Positions 1-11,743 of a stretch of DNA of 64,000 nt are shown here, piece by piece. Origin of the DNA: the human T2T-CHM13v2.0 reference genome, Homo sapiens; the NCBI RefSeq assembly GCF_009914755.1, contig NC_060939.1, one strand, 5' to 3'. The notes beneath the pieces were generated by a model, which worked only from the letters and a program-made list of their open reading frames with translations, was not told the DNA's origin and made no database searches. The position numbers were made by a program, and so were the translations under genes. Position 1 is the stretch's first letter; every line of letters starts with the position of its first letter.

Positions 1-1810
1 GGAATGTAGGACAAATAAGGAAGTATATTAACATTTTCAGTCGCCAGGCCCACAAAGTTGGATGGTAAAATCAATACTGTAGATCGCAGCATGTAAGGAC
101 TAACCCAGTGCACCATGAAAACGAAGGCAAGACAGTTTGTTACCATATGGCGGGTGGTGTGGGAGAGGCCATTGATCCTATATGAAAAAGGGTACTACTA
201 CCTTGGATTATGAAAAATGAATGTTGGACCTGTAGGTCCTATGTGACCAAGTTCTTAAAAACACTCTAAAGAAAATTGGAAGTGGTTTTTTTCTAATACT
301 GAATTGGTCCACAATATAGGACAGGGGAGTCTGTATAGTGTTCCATTGGGAGGTGAGTCAGCTTACAATAATGGAAGAGGTAGAAGCTTTTTGTTATTAT
401 TTTGGAGAAAAAAAAATTGCCAGCCTGCCACTTGTGCTAGGCTGCAGACGGCCCATAAAGGTAGTTTGTCAGATACTTCAGTAGTGAGATGCTTACTGGA
501 TGTGTTTTGCAGAATGGTTTTGATTTAGTTAACAAGTGTTTGTTGAGTTCCTGCTGTTGCATAAGAATCAGGAATAGGTGAGATCAGGGAAGGAATCTGC
601 TCTTACAGAGTTGAATGCTGGAGGGGATAGATTCACTAAAGTACCTCCACAATAAATGCATTTTTCCATGTCAAATATGTGGAACTAATAATAAGTACTC
701 AAAGAGGTTTAAGACATTGCTGTGGCCCATCTATGAGTTAATAAGGAACTGAATTAGAATCCTGACTTTGAGAGTGAAGATAGAGGATTATATACAAGGT
801 AGATGCAACTTGGTGAGTATAATTAATTTGGGGTGGAAATTGGGTAGAAGGAGGAATAAAAAATTAATGTATTTTTAGCCTTAAGTTCCAGAATGATGGA
901 CGCACCATCAAGGTGTTAAAATTGTTAGTTCCTTAGGAACAGTCTTTATGTTTTCTAAGTCTTTTTAGCCCCCATGACTCAAATTGTACTTCCTTGCACA
1001 TATTTGATGTTAACAAGTATGTTTTAAAAATTTTAAATAACCCCATTTGCAATAAAATCATTTGCAATGATTTTCTCACAGTCGAGGCAGGCTGTTGGCT
1101 CGGTTAGGACAGATGCCCTGATCATGTAGTTTCAGAGACCACTGGAGGGAGCTGCCCATGATTTACAATTGCTGGCCTCTTCTACGTGGCCACCTCAGCC
1201 ATAAGTGAGAGTATATAGGTGAACTAAGAGGTGGAGCCATAAACATTTCTCTTTTACTGTCTTACAGGTATTTGTGGTGGTTGATTTTTCTAGAGGAAGG
1301 TTATTTATATAAAGCTTCACTAATATCCATTTAGTTATGTGGATAGCAGGTCCATGAACTGCAAAGTGATATTTCTGAGGTATCTCTAGGAGGAATGCAC
1401 TTTCAGTGCCCTAGGATAACTCCAAAAACTCACCAGTAGTTTTCTGTTAAATGTCAGGCAACCACAGTAACTTTCATGACATCCACAGGAACTACATTTT
1501 TCAGTCCCACTATGCCTGGGCCTTTGAGTGGTACATGCATTCCCACTAAATAGCTACTCCATTACCCAGGGAAATGAAGTCAGGTTGAGCCACTCCAATC
1601 AAATTTCATTTTTTAGGATGAATCCCATCATCTGAATAACTCAGGACTATTAAAGCCTCAAAATGTTTCTCTGTAAGAACCTCAGGCAACACCAGGACAA
1701 ACCCAAAGAGAGTTTAGGTGAAACTTAGCTTCGTATGTGCAGCAAAGAGACGCCAACAGAGCATTTGCAACTCTCATTTCTGGGGACTATTAGGATCTCT
1801 TCCCAAGCTT

Positions 1811-1944
1811 TTTTTTTTTCTCTGTTTTAGAGATGGGATCTCACTTTGTTGTCCAGACTGTTCTCAAACTCTTGTGCTCAAGTAATCCTCCCACCTTAAC
1901 CTCCCAAATGCTAGTATTATAGGCATGAGCCACCATGCGTGGCC
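1811..1944 (-). mobile_element. Free left Alu monomer (FLAM-like)
   Basis: Single Alu left arm plus T tail, flanked by the 12-bp TSD cttcccaagctt (1799-1810, 1945-1956). Confidence 0.85.
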
Positions 1945-3550
1945 CTTCCCAAGCTTGGAACTTCCTTACCTGGGTCGTAGATGGACTCTAGGAGATCTCC
2001 AAACCTCCTGAAATTGTGTGCAAAATATTGTGTCTGTATATGCATTTTCTAGGGATGCGGTTTAATATTTTCATGTGATTCCTAAAAGAATCTGAGGCTC
2101 AAGAAAAGAGGGCATCTTAATATCCTGCACTTTCAGTCATTGAGGGCATGATCACAAAGATCAAAGCCATTTTTAGGCAGGTGAGTTGGAGTGGCAGTCA
2201 GAAGTAGGTAAGATTTTCTATTTGTGAGGCAGGAACAAGGGATTGGACCATTGTTCTTAAATACTGCTTTCTTACCCAAAATGCAAATCTGTGCGTAATC
2301 AGTACACAGCAAAAATATTTACTGTATTTTGTTTTTCCCCTTGGGTACATTTGGCAAGTGCCTTTTTCTACTATAACCGGCGTTTTTGTATCTCTTTATT
2401 TGTATCTCAAACTCACTGGGACTTACAATCTTAAAAAAAAAAAAGAAAAAGAAAAATTCATTTGATGAGTAATTAAATTAGTGCCACTAACTTCTTCTCA
2501 GCAAATTATGTTGTATTTTATGTTTCTCTGGACTTTTTGTTCACTTTCTGTTTGGGAGACCACAAAATGTTTCCTGCTGGAGTCACAGCATTTCTCTTGT
2601 CGCTGTTTCTACTTAAAGTGCCTGGAGCTTCGTAGTTAAACCACAATGCCAGAAGGCTTTATAATAAGAGAATTATTTTACAGCTGTGGAATGCATATCG
2701 AATCAATAGGGCACCAGTGTTGTTTCTCCCTTGAAAGATATCTTCCTTACAGGGTATACAGATAGCAATTTTGGCAGCCATCACCCTTCTTTGAAGAAAA
2801 TATTAAGTGGGAAAGTTATTTTACCATTTTTCTCTAGTACTAAAGAATCTGAATGATGTATGTTTTTAAAAAACATAAATTCTTAGAGTAAGTGGACATT
2901 AATGTTACTCTGTAAATTTTTAAAATTTATAGGATAATATATTTTACCTTATGGGATATTTTACAAATTGTAATGAGTAGTAGATGCCTCTTATTTTTTA
3001 TTGGATATGAAGTTTTATATGTATATGCACACATGTACACAGACACACTCACACATATGTAGTGTGTGTTTAAGTTGGAGAGGGTTATATCTTTTAGAAC
3101 ATAACCAACTAAATTTTGCCAATTCCACTAGAATCTTCTATTTTTCATTAATGTCAATTCAAAGTCAGAGCCAACAGGGTTGAATATATCCCTGTCTGAT
3201 GCTAACGTGAAACCATTGCATTCCTAATATCTGGAAAACAAAACTGCCATCTCTGGAACAAAAAAGGGTTCTTGAAAAATGGATTCTCAGTACCTGAACT
3301 TTATATTTGAAATAACTTTCAGTTTATTGCTTTTAATCTTATGTTTTAAAGTGTGCCAATTTGGTGGTTTAAAACATGTTTAATAAGTACTAAAACAGCA
3401 CACAATTGTGACTTAAATTGAGTAATTTTCTTTGTAGACTGAGTAAAATGTTTTCTGTTTTTATTTTTCCTTCTCTTGATACTTTTTTTTTACAGTGCAC
3501 CTATGATATGTGTTTTAGAAATAGCCATTAAACTTTGGTTTGAATGAAGA

Positions 3551-3814
3551 ATGTCTCTCAATCCACCTATATTTCTCAAACGAAGTGAAGAAAATAGTTC
3601 AAAATTTGTGGAAACAAAACAGTCACAAACTACTTCCATAGCTTCAGAAGATCCCCTTCAAAACTTATGTTTAGCATCTCAAGAAGTTCTTCAAAAAGCT
3701 CAGCAAAGTGGGAGATCAAAATGTCTCAAATGTGGTGGTTCCAGAATGTTCTACTGCTATACATGTTATGTTCCAGTTGAAAATGTACCTATTGAACAGA
3801 TTCCACTTGTGAAG
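3551..3814 (+). CDS. DTWD1: DTWD1 first coding exon (aa 1-88); the exon starts at 3496 with 55 nt of 5'UTR
   Basis: Translates MSLNPPIFLKRSEENSSKF...CLKCGGSRMFYCYTC...IPLVK, recognised as the DTWD1 N-terminus. Acceptor T-tract+TACAG ends at 3495; donor AAG|GTTAGT at 3814/3815; 264 nt, phase 0. Confidence 0.97.
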
Positions 3815-3917
3815 GTTAGTAAGAAATTTAATTGTTTGAAAGTATGAAAATAGATTTTTTAAAAACATCTCATGTATACCTACTCTAATTGATAAACTTA
3901 ATAAATAATGTTATTAT

Positions 3918-4378
3918 TGTTAGAAACAAGTGCTTGTTGCTGCAAAGAAAAACTAGCACTTAGACAGAAAATTTCTCAGCAGGGCACATTTACTTCTGCA
4001 GAAGGGTGCTGCGCCTGATCGCAAGAGCACACCGAACAAAGGAAGGAAGGGATTTTTAACCCTAATGCAGTTCCTGTCCCTGTGTCCTTCCCTTATTGGC
4101 TAGGGTTGGACCACACAATCAAAACTGATTCCAGTTGGCTAAGACTTAAAATTTTCCAAATAGGGTAAATGCACGATTTGTAAAAGGAGGGGTTAGGAGT
4201 GGTCTGTCCACTATAGTATAAGGCATGTCTGGACATGTTTGGCCATGTCAGGGCACAACAAGAGTGGGAGGGTTGTTTGCAGGCTGGAAACGAGAGTACA
4301 AGGAGCTTGGGCTTCTGAACAAAGAATAAGAACATCACACAATTAAACATTTTGAAGAGGAATTTATCATTCCTAGCA
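3918..4378 (-). mobile_element. Solo ERV1 LTR, LTR10-like
   Basis: TG...CA ends with near-inverted termini (tgttag / ctagca). The minus strand starts tgctaggaatgataaattcctcttcaaa, like LTR10 consensus 5' ends. CCAAT, TA-rich box and AGTAAA occur in LTR order on the minus strand. TSD not clear. Confidence 0.75.
4221..4240. promoter_or_regulatory. p53 response element, perfect two half-sites, zero spacer
   Basis: AGGCATGTCT+GGACATGTTT both match RRRCWWGYYY with CATG cores; a third degenerate half-site GGCCATGTCA follows at 4241-4250. Confidence 0.75.
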
Positions 4379-5840
4379 TGAAAACCAAGTGTATTTATGG
4401 AAAATTTAGCCCTACAGACCACTAAACCTCTTTGTTTTTCTTGTCTCTGGGTCTGAAATGGTGTTTTTAATGAAACCAATTAATTTTTCATTAATGATTT
4501 TAATTTATTTACAACATGGGAAAAAATGTGTGATATAAACTTATGAATACTAAAAAAAAAGTTTATAGACACCCTGAAGGAGCTCCAAACACTCATGTCT
4601 TTGGACTGCTCCTTGAGAAAATACTATTCTAGTAGAATTAGAGTTGATTTTCACCTAAGATTTTGTGACTTATCCTATACATGGGGATGGAGCAGATTTC
4701 ATTGACCAAAATGAAAATAAAGTAAAATTTAAAAACTAAGACCAATTCCCTGGGCTGTGTTATCATTAGAGTGATTTTAAGCCCGATTTGATTGCTTACC
4801 TTTATACTTTTTGGGCTCACCAACACTACTTTTGTATAGGTAAAAGGTCTGTAGAACGTCATGTCTACATAATCAAAGAATTTATTATATATATGTTAAC
4901 TTGTCTAACATTATCCCAAACTTTAGGAATAAATCAATTAATGTATAAAATTTGACTGTGTAAGACTTTAGAGAGACTAAATTCTACACATGGACTCATT
5001 AGAACTTGCCAGTAAAAAAAAAATAAGTTGTAGCTATATTTTAAAATTTGTTTTGATGATTTTAAAGTTCATTTGAATTTGAAGTAAGAAGAGTACTTTG
5101 ACACTCATATTTTATTTGAATTTCAGTTTAGCCTATATCATCTTGGCCAGTCCATGGTCTCCTCAGCATCTAAAATCACATGTATAGGCTAATGGAAAGT
5201 TTACTAGCCAAGAATAAGTAAGTGTGGAATTTAATATGATCTTCACAGTTTGCTCCGAAAAAACAAGAACTTGAGGGTAATAATTATTTTCAAGTTTCCC
5301 ATTATCTTACAGGAATGTTACATTTTGAAGTATGGTTTTTGAAGTATACGTAGAATTATTCTATTTTACATTTCTCTCATAGCCATGTAAAGAAGGGATT
5401 CCATTAAAAGTTTTATCCTAAGGTGTATTGTATTAAAAAATGGATTGCATATTATAATAATAATAATCAGTAATATAGTTACAGGGCTGATATTTTCATA
5501 GATATTTAATAATAGAGGGTATTTTCCAAATCAGTGGTCTAATATACACCATTTAATAGAAATGACTCAAGACATTAGTGTTTGATCATCTCTCAATGGT
5601 CTGGACTGTGCAGAGTTTTCTAAAGTGTTTATATTTTAATGGCCTTGTATAAAATTTGATACTTTAATATACATTAATGGTAATAACAGCTCTACAAAAT
5701 GTCCTTTCCAATTTTTACTTTATTTTTATTTTAACAAATCATTCAGCATTTGCTTTTAGATAGCCTACTTGGGAAAGGAGGATGACAATATAATGAGTAA
5801 TTCCCTCCCAATTTTAGTCTAGGGAATGCATTCATAAATA

Positions 5841-6924
5841 TAGTCATATGTCTCCTAATGACAGGGATACATCCTGAGAAATGTGTCCTGAGAAATGAGT
5901 CGTTAGGCAAATTCACTGTTGTGCAAACATAATAGAATGTACTTACACAACCTTCATAGTATAGCCTACTATACACCTGGGCAATACCTATTGCTCCTAG
6001 CCTACAAAATCTGTACAGCATGTTACTGTACTGCATACTGTACACAGTTGTACACACAATGGTATTAGTGTATCTAAACAAATATAAGCATAGAAAAGTA
6101 CAGTAGAAGTACAGTATAAAAATAGTAATCCTTTATGGGCACTTAGCATGAATGGAATTTGCAGGACTGGAAGTTTTTCTTGGTGAGTCAGTGGTGACTT
6201 GTGAGTGAATGTGAAGGCCTGTGATGTTACTGTACACTACTGTAGTTTTTATAAACACTGTATACTTAGGGTACACTACATTTATGAAAAATATTTTTCT
6301 TCAATAATAAATTAGCTTACTGTGACTTTTTTACTTTATAAACTTTTTAAAAAACTTGTGATAACACTTACATTTAAACACAAACACATTGCACAGCTGA
6401 ACAAAAATATTTCTTTATGCTCTTATTCTGTAACCTTATTCCTATTTTTATTATTTATTTATTTTTACTTTTTAAACTTTTTTTGTTGAAAACCAAGACA
6501 CAAACACGTTACCCTAGGCTTACACAGTGTCAGGATCATCAGTATCACTGTCTTCTTCCACCTCCACATCTTGTCCCACTGGAAGCTCTTCAGGGGTAAT
6601 GTATGGAGCTGTCATCTCCTATGATAGCAATGCCTTCTTCTGGAATACCTCCTTAAGGACCTGCCTGAGGCTATTTTACAGTTAACATTTCTTTTTTCTA
6701 ATTAGGATGAGTGTACTCTAAAACTAAAAAAATTAAGTGTAGTATAGCAAATATATAAACCAGTAACAGATTTATATTATCATTATTAAACATTATTGTA
6801 TAGCATGCTTTTATATGACTGGCAGTGCAGTAAGTTTGTTTACATCAGCATCATCACAAGCATATAAGTACTGCACTGTGGTGCAATGTTACAATGGTTA
6901 CACTTCGCTAGGCCATAGGCATTT
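5841..6924. mobile_element. Tigger3b-like TcMar DNA transposon, one end truncated
   Basis: Starts tagtcatatgtc...gggatacatcctgagaaatg...gtacttacacaa...cctattgctcctag, matching the Tigger3 terminus; the far TIR is missing. Confidence 0.8.
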
Positions 6925-7141
6925 AGAGCCTAGAATTTAAAAGGCTCTCTTGGGGAAAGTTGATAATCCCATGGGAAAATGCTTAGGTCTCCTTGTCAGT
7001 AGCATTTTGATAAACTTGGGCAGAAGGATTTGTGGTAAGTCTCTTTTATAAAACATAAGTGTTCGAGAGCAGATTGATATTCTTTACTTGTTTGAAAACA
7101 GAATGTCTCTACTCAGACTGCCCTCTGGTCAACACTATTTT

Positions 7142-7489
7142 TTTTTTTTAAACACAGTTAAGCTTTAATGTCCATACGAAGCCTCAGAGCAAATGTTTTT
7201 GTAGCTTGTAAAAAAGCAAATTTTTTTTCTTTCTTTTTTAATTATACTTTAAGTTCTTGGATACATGTGCAGAACTTGCAGGTTTGTTACATTGATACAC
7301 ATGTGCCCTGGTAGTTTGCTGCACCCATCATCTACATTAGGTATTGCTCCTAATGCTATCCCTCCCCTAGCTCCCCACCCCCAGACGGGCTCCAGTGTGT
7401 GATGTTCCCCTCCCTGTGTCCATGTGTTCTCCTTGTTCAACTCCCACTTATGAGTGAGAACATGCGTTGTTTGGTTTTCTGTTCCTGTG
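7142..7489 (-). mobile_element. 5'-truncated L1PA (about PA6-PA8) 3' end with a 3' transduction
   Basis: L1 3'UTR at 7240-7489, T tract 7221-7239, unique 71 bp, second T tract, and 16-bp TSD tggtcaacactatttt (7126-7141, 7490-7505). Confidence 0.88.
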
Positions 7490-8154
7490 TGGTCAACACT
7501 ATTTTGTTACTCTGTACTCTTGTCATTATTTAAGAAATAATCTTCTTTTAACATGTGTGAACTAGAACACAAACATGGATTTCCATGATTTGATCTGTTT
7601 CTGTGCTTTGGTTTTATGATGTGAGAGATCTCACGCTCATGGAAAACTAACAATACCTTGGATTGTGTACAGGTTTTGCATAATTATGCTTGCAGACTTT
7701 AGTTCATAAAGCTTTTTCTTTTATCATATAATTAAAAAAATAGGCTAGGCACATGATTTATAAAATTTGTCAATAACACTCCTGTGTTCTTGATATAAAT
7801 GATACCCTCCAAGATAGCTAGCTGATCAGAAATATTGATAACTTTTGGAATTTTCAGCTTTACTCATCAGCCATATAAGAAGTTCACATTTATGATCTGC
7901 TTTCTTTTTCTTTTCTTGTCATGATCTGCTTTTTTTTCTTTTCTTACTTCCTACCTTCCCTGGGCTAAGATAATACTGATGTGGTGCTCAGAGACCCTAG
8001 GGAGAGGGAAGGTAGTTTCAACTGAGACCGAGCGTCATGAGGAAACTCTGATGTAGTGTTCAGCCAGAAGTAGACTGATGTAAAATCATTTGTGAACTGC
8101 CTACTTAAATGGTAAATTTTCCATAACTAGAAGTTGGTTTGATGATTAGAAGCA

Positions 8155-8201
8155 ATTGGGCCTAACTTATAAATGATCATTGGGCCTAACTTATAAATGA
8201 T
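8155..8201. repeat. Tandem duplication, 24-bp period
   Basis: attgggcctaacttataaatgat at 8155-8177 and 8179-8201. Confidence 0.9.
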
Positions 8202-8419
8202 TGCTAGGCCTAAGCGGGGAGGGTAGGAGATACAGCATTTGAAACCCTAATTGAAAACTATTTGAGGAATTCATTTGTAGGCCAAGGTCCTCCAGGGGTG
8301 TATTATTTATACTGTTCTGTCCCCAACATAATTGTCCAGGAAGAAAAAAATTTGAAATTGAAATTATTTAGTAGCTGCTCCATTCAAAAATAGTTTTGGA
8401 ACTAATGACACACACACAC

Positions 8420-8705
8420 ACACAACATGGAAGAACCTCAAAATAATTATTCTTAGCTAAAGTCAAATGAAGAGGGTATATTGTATGATTTCATTTATAT
8501 AAAATTCTAGAAAGTACAAACTATAGTGGCAGTGGATTACTGATTGCCTGAGGAGGGCAATTGTTGATGGTGAGAGGAGAAGGAAGAAGGGCTTGAGAAG
8601 ACTTTTGATAGTGGCAAATCATTATTTTGACTGTAGCAGTGGATTCAAGAATTTAACATATGTTAAAACTTATTAGATTGTACACTTTAAATATGTACAG
8701 TTTAA
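8420..8705 (+). mobile_element. Old L1M (L1ME-like) 3' fragment
   Basis: acaacatgg...tgtatgatttcatttatataaaattctagaa...ttgtacactttaaatatgtacag, typical of the L1M 3' end. Confidence 0.65.
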
Positions 8706-9095
8706 GACATAAGAAAAATAGTTTTGTCCTCCAGGGTAAAATAGTGTGCCCAGGGTAAATTCCTAGAATCCTACTTATTTAGCATGGGATGGGAACTTGG
8801 AGATGGTGGGAACTACCAAATAAAACAAAAGGTCATTTAAAAGCTGAAGTCAAGAACACATCTCCAGAGGGTTTCTTATATATAGTAAGGGAGATATGAT
8901 TTGGCATTTTTTTCATAATCATGGCTGAATGCAGTACTTGTATAAGCATTACAAAGAGAGCTAAACCAAAAAAGCCAAAGTGAAATAAGAAAAATATAAT
9001 TTACAAAATCCAAGAGAATATTATTTTTGCATAGAGACATGTTACAGACAACATCTATAACAAATAATGAAACTTCAAGGGAAATACTTAGGCAA

Positions 9096-9616
9096 CAGGG
9101 GTCCCCAATCCCCAGACCACAGACCAGTACCGGTCCTAAGGAACCAGGCCGCACACCAAGAGGTGAGCTGCTGGAGAGCAAGCGAAGCTTCCGTCTGTAT
9201 TTACAGCCGCTGCCCATCACTCGCATTACCACCTGAGCTCTGCCTCCTGTCAGATCAGCGGCAGCATTAGATTCTCATAGGAGCATGAACCCTATTGTGA
9301 ACTGTGCATACAAGGGACCTAGATTGCATGCTCCTTAGGAGAATCCAATGCCTGAAGATCTGTCACTGTCTCCCATGTCCTAGATGGGACCATCAAGTTG
9401 CAGGAAAACCAGCTCAGGGATCCTGCTGATTTTACATTATGGTGAGTTGTATAATTATTTCATTATATATTATAATGTAATAATAATAGAAATAAAGTGC
9501 ACAATAAGTGTAATGTGCTTGAATCATCCCCAAACCCTCTCCCCAAACCCTGGTCTGTGGAAAAATTGTCTTCCACGAAACCAGTCCTTCTTGGTGCCAG
9601 AAAGATTGGGGAGTAG
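9096..9616. mobile_element. MER1A-like hAT-Charlie element, full length
   Basis: caggggtccccaa start and ttggtgccagaaagattgggga end; 8-bp TSD ttaggcaa at 9088-9095 and 9617-9624. Confidence 0.88.
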
Positions 9617-9865
9617 TTAGGCAAGATGATTTTGAAGACAGTTTTGTGATATAAAGATTACACCTCTTAGGTCTATTGTTACTATTTTTTAATTGATAAT
9701 TATTTAATTTGTGCTATTGAAAATGTGATGCCGAAAATCATGATGTTTCCTGCAAAGGATAACAGTTTTGACTTGAAAGTATGTCTAAGGAACAGAATTT
9801 CAACTTGAATTTTAGATCTGAAGCTTTTTGCCCAAACTTACATTTCTTTTTAAAATAGCGTAAGA

Positions 9866-10170
9866 GGCCAGGTGTGGTGGCTCACTGGTAATCTCAGCAC
9901 TTTGGGAGGCTGAGGCAGGCAGATCGCTTGAGGTCAGGAGTTCAAGACCAACCTGGCCAACATGGTGAAAACCTGTCTCTACTAAAAAAATACAACAATT
10001 AGCTGGGCATGGTGGCAGGTGCCTGTAATGCCAGCTACTTGGGAGGCTGGGGCAGAATTGCTTAACCCAGGAGACGGAGGTTGCAGTGAGCCGAGATCAC
10101 ACCACTGCACTGCAGCCTGGGTGGCAGAGTGAGAGTCCATCTCAAGATAAATAAATAAAAATAAAATAAA
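9866..10170 (+). mobile_element. AluS
   Basis: Dimeric Alu ggccaggtgtggtggctca... with (TAAAA)n tail. Confidence 0.92.
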
Positions 10171-10541
10171 ATGGCATAAAATAGGCAAACCTAAAGTTTA
10201 TAGGATTTATTAAAATGTCCTTGGCACACATGGTGAAATGCAAAGAATTGGAGTTAATATAACTTAAGTGAAAATGACATTGGAGCTTTGCTTTAAGAGA
10301 AGATTCTCTGTTAAATGAGTTGAAAATAGTTGTCCTAATACATGAATAACAATGCCAAGGAAGAAATTTGGGTTGGTTTTGTAACAATCACCATTCTTAA
10401 TATTATGGTATATCTTTTAAACCATATGCATATTTATAGGAGTTTATTGTGAGCTTCCTATTTAGCTTTAAAGACCCTTTTTATTAACATAAAAATTAAA
10501 ATGTTTATATATTTTTTTATTTGTGCTTTTTTTACCTTTAG

Positions 10542-10685
10542 CTTCCATTGAAGATTGACATCATTAAACATCCAAATGAAACAGATGGCAAAAGTACTGC
10601 TATACATGCAAAACTCTTAGCACCTGAATTTGTAAACATTTACACGTATCCGTGTATTCCAGAATATGAAGAAAAGGACCATGAA
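10542..10685 (+). CDS. DTWD1: DTWD1 second coding exon (aa 89-136)
   Basis: Acceptor tttttaccttTAG|CTT; translates [30 protein letters not shown]...EKDHE; donor GAA|GTAGGC; 144 nt, phase 0-0. Confidence 0.96.
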
Positions 10686-11428
10686 GTAGGCAACTTAGTT
10701 TTTATAACTCTTCACATTGGATATAAAAATGAATTTTAACCTCCATTGCCTTTCTGAACTTACTCAAACATAATTTAATATTTTTCTTAGTAAAGTATTA
10801 TGCTCAGGTAATGTTAGACAATATACAGTTTATTTCATTGATATCTTCAAAGATCAGATGTTTCTAGACTGCTATGCGTTTTTGAGTCTTTCTGCATTTT
10901 ATAGCTCTTCTGCCTTATTTCTTCAGGTTTTTACTCCTTGCCAATACTATTGTGCCTGCTTTTACCTTTTCTCCTCTCCTTCTCCTGTTTGTGCTACATA
11001 TAGATGATCTAATTTGATGCAAACTGGGAAACCAGATTACAAATATTGTTGGAATTTCTCTAAAAGAAGAAAGACTGAGTTAGGATATTCAGGAATCCTC
11101 CTAAATTAAGAGCTTTAGTGCATAGCCTTTATAACATTTCTTTTGGCTGCTCAGAGGCCTTCCTTGCTCATTTTTAGATTCTTAATTGGTTTTCACCCAG
11201 TTGCAATTGTCACATTGGTGAGAAATTATGGGTCTTCTTGCTGAAAAGTAATTTTACAATGTGTCTCAAAAAATTAAGGCCTTGGGTACTGAAAGAAGCA
11301 TGTAAAAGCCTTTTGGTCTCTTGGAGGCCATTTGTTGGTGTGGCTAGTATAGAAACAAAATTAAAAATTAGTGCATTCATTTGTTCCAGGAAGAACTTGG
11401 TAAATTTTTACTTTCCTATTTATATCTA

Positions 11429-11430
<2 letters not shown>

Positions 11431-11468
<38 letters not shown>
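11431..11468. repeat. (TA)19 microsatellite
   Basis: Uninterrupted TA run. Confidence 0.95.
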
Positions 11469-11473
<5 letters not shown>

Positions 11474-11743
11474 TTTTTTGGTTGAGTTTATATAAAAAAT
11501 TATGTTTGTAAATAATATTTGAGTTTTGGATCTAGGAAAATGTTTCTTTCTCTGGTCAGCTAGACTCCATTTATGTTGATTAAATAGAATGTAGTGCTAT
11601 GTTCTGTAAGGAGATGTGATACGCTTATAATTTAAGAAAATTCAGAAGCCCTGGACTTTGCTAACTGGATATAGGGGGAAATATAGACATGTATTATGAA
11701 TATTTAAAAACTTTTACAACTTTGAAATGTATAAAATTCAAGG

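Noticed and set aside
1-3495. DTWD1 promoter or CpG island
   Set aside because: The sequence is CpG-poor with repeat fragments; the promoter and first exon are probably upstream of the window.
4093-4479. 128-aa minus-strand ORF
   Set aside because: Runs through the LTR and its flank, starts at a non-ATG codon, and has no recognisable domain.
8155-8201. Short direct repeats (also 35721-35807 and 37897-37943) as CRISPR-like or regulatory arrays
   Set aside because: Only 2-3 adjacent copies with no spacers in a human intron or intergenic region; ordinary slippage duplications.
8876-9620. Several overlapping ORFs on both strands
   Set aside because: All lie largely within the MER1A-like element.
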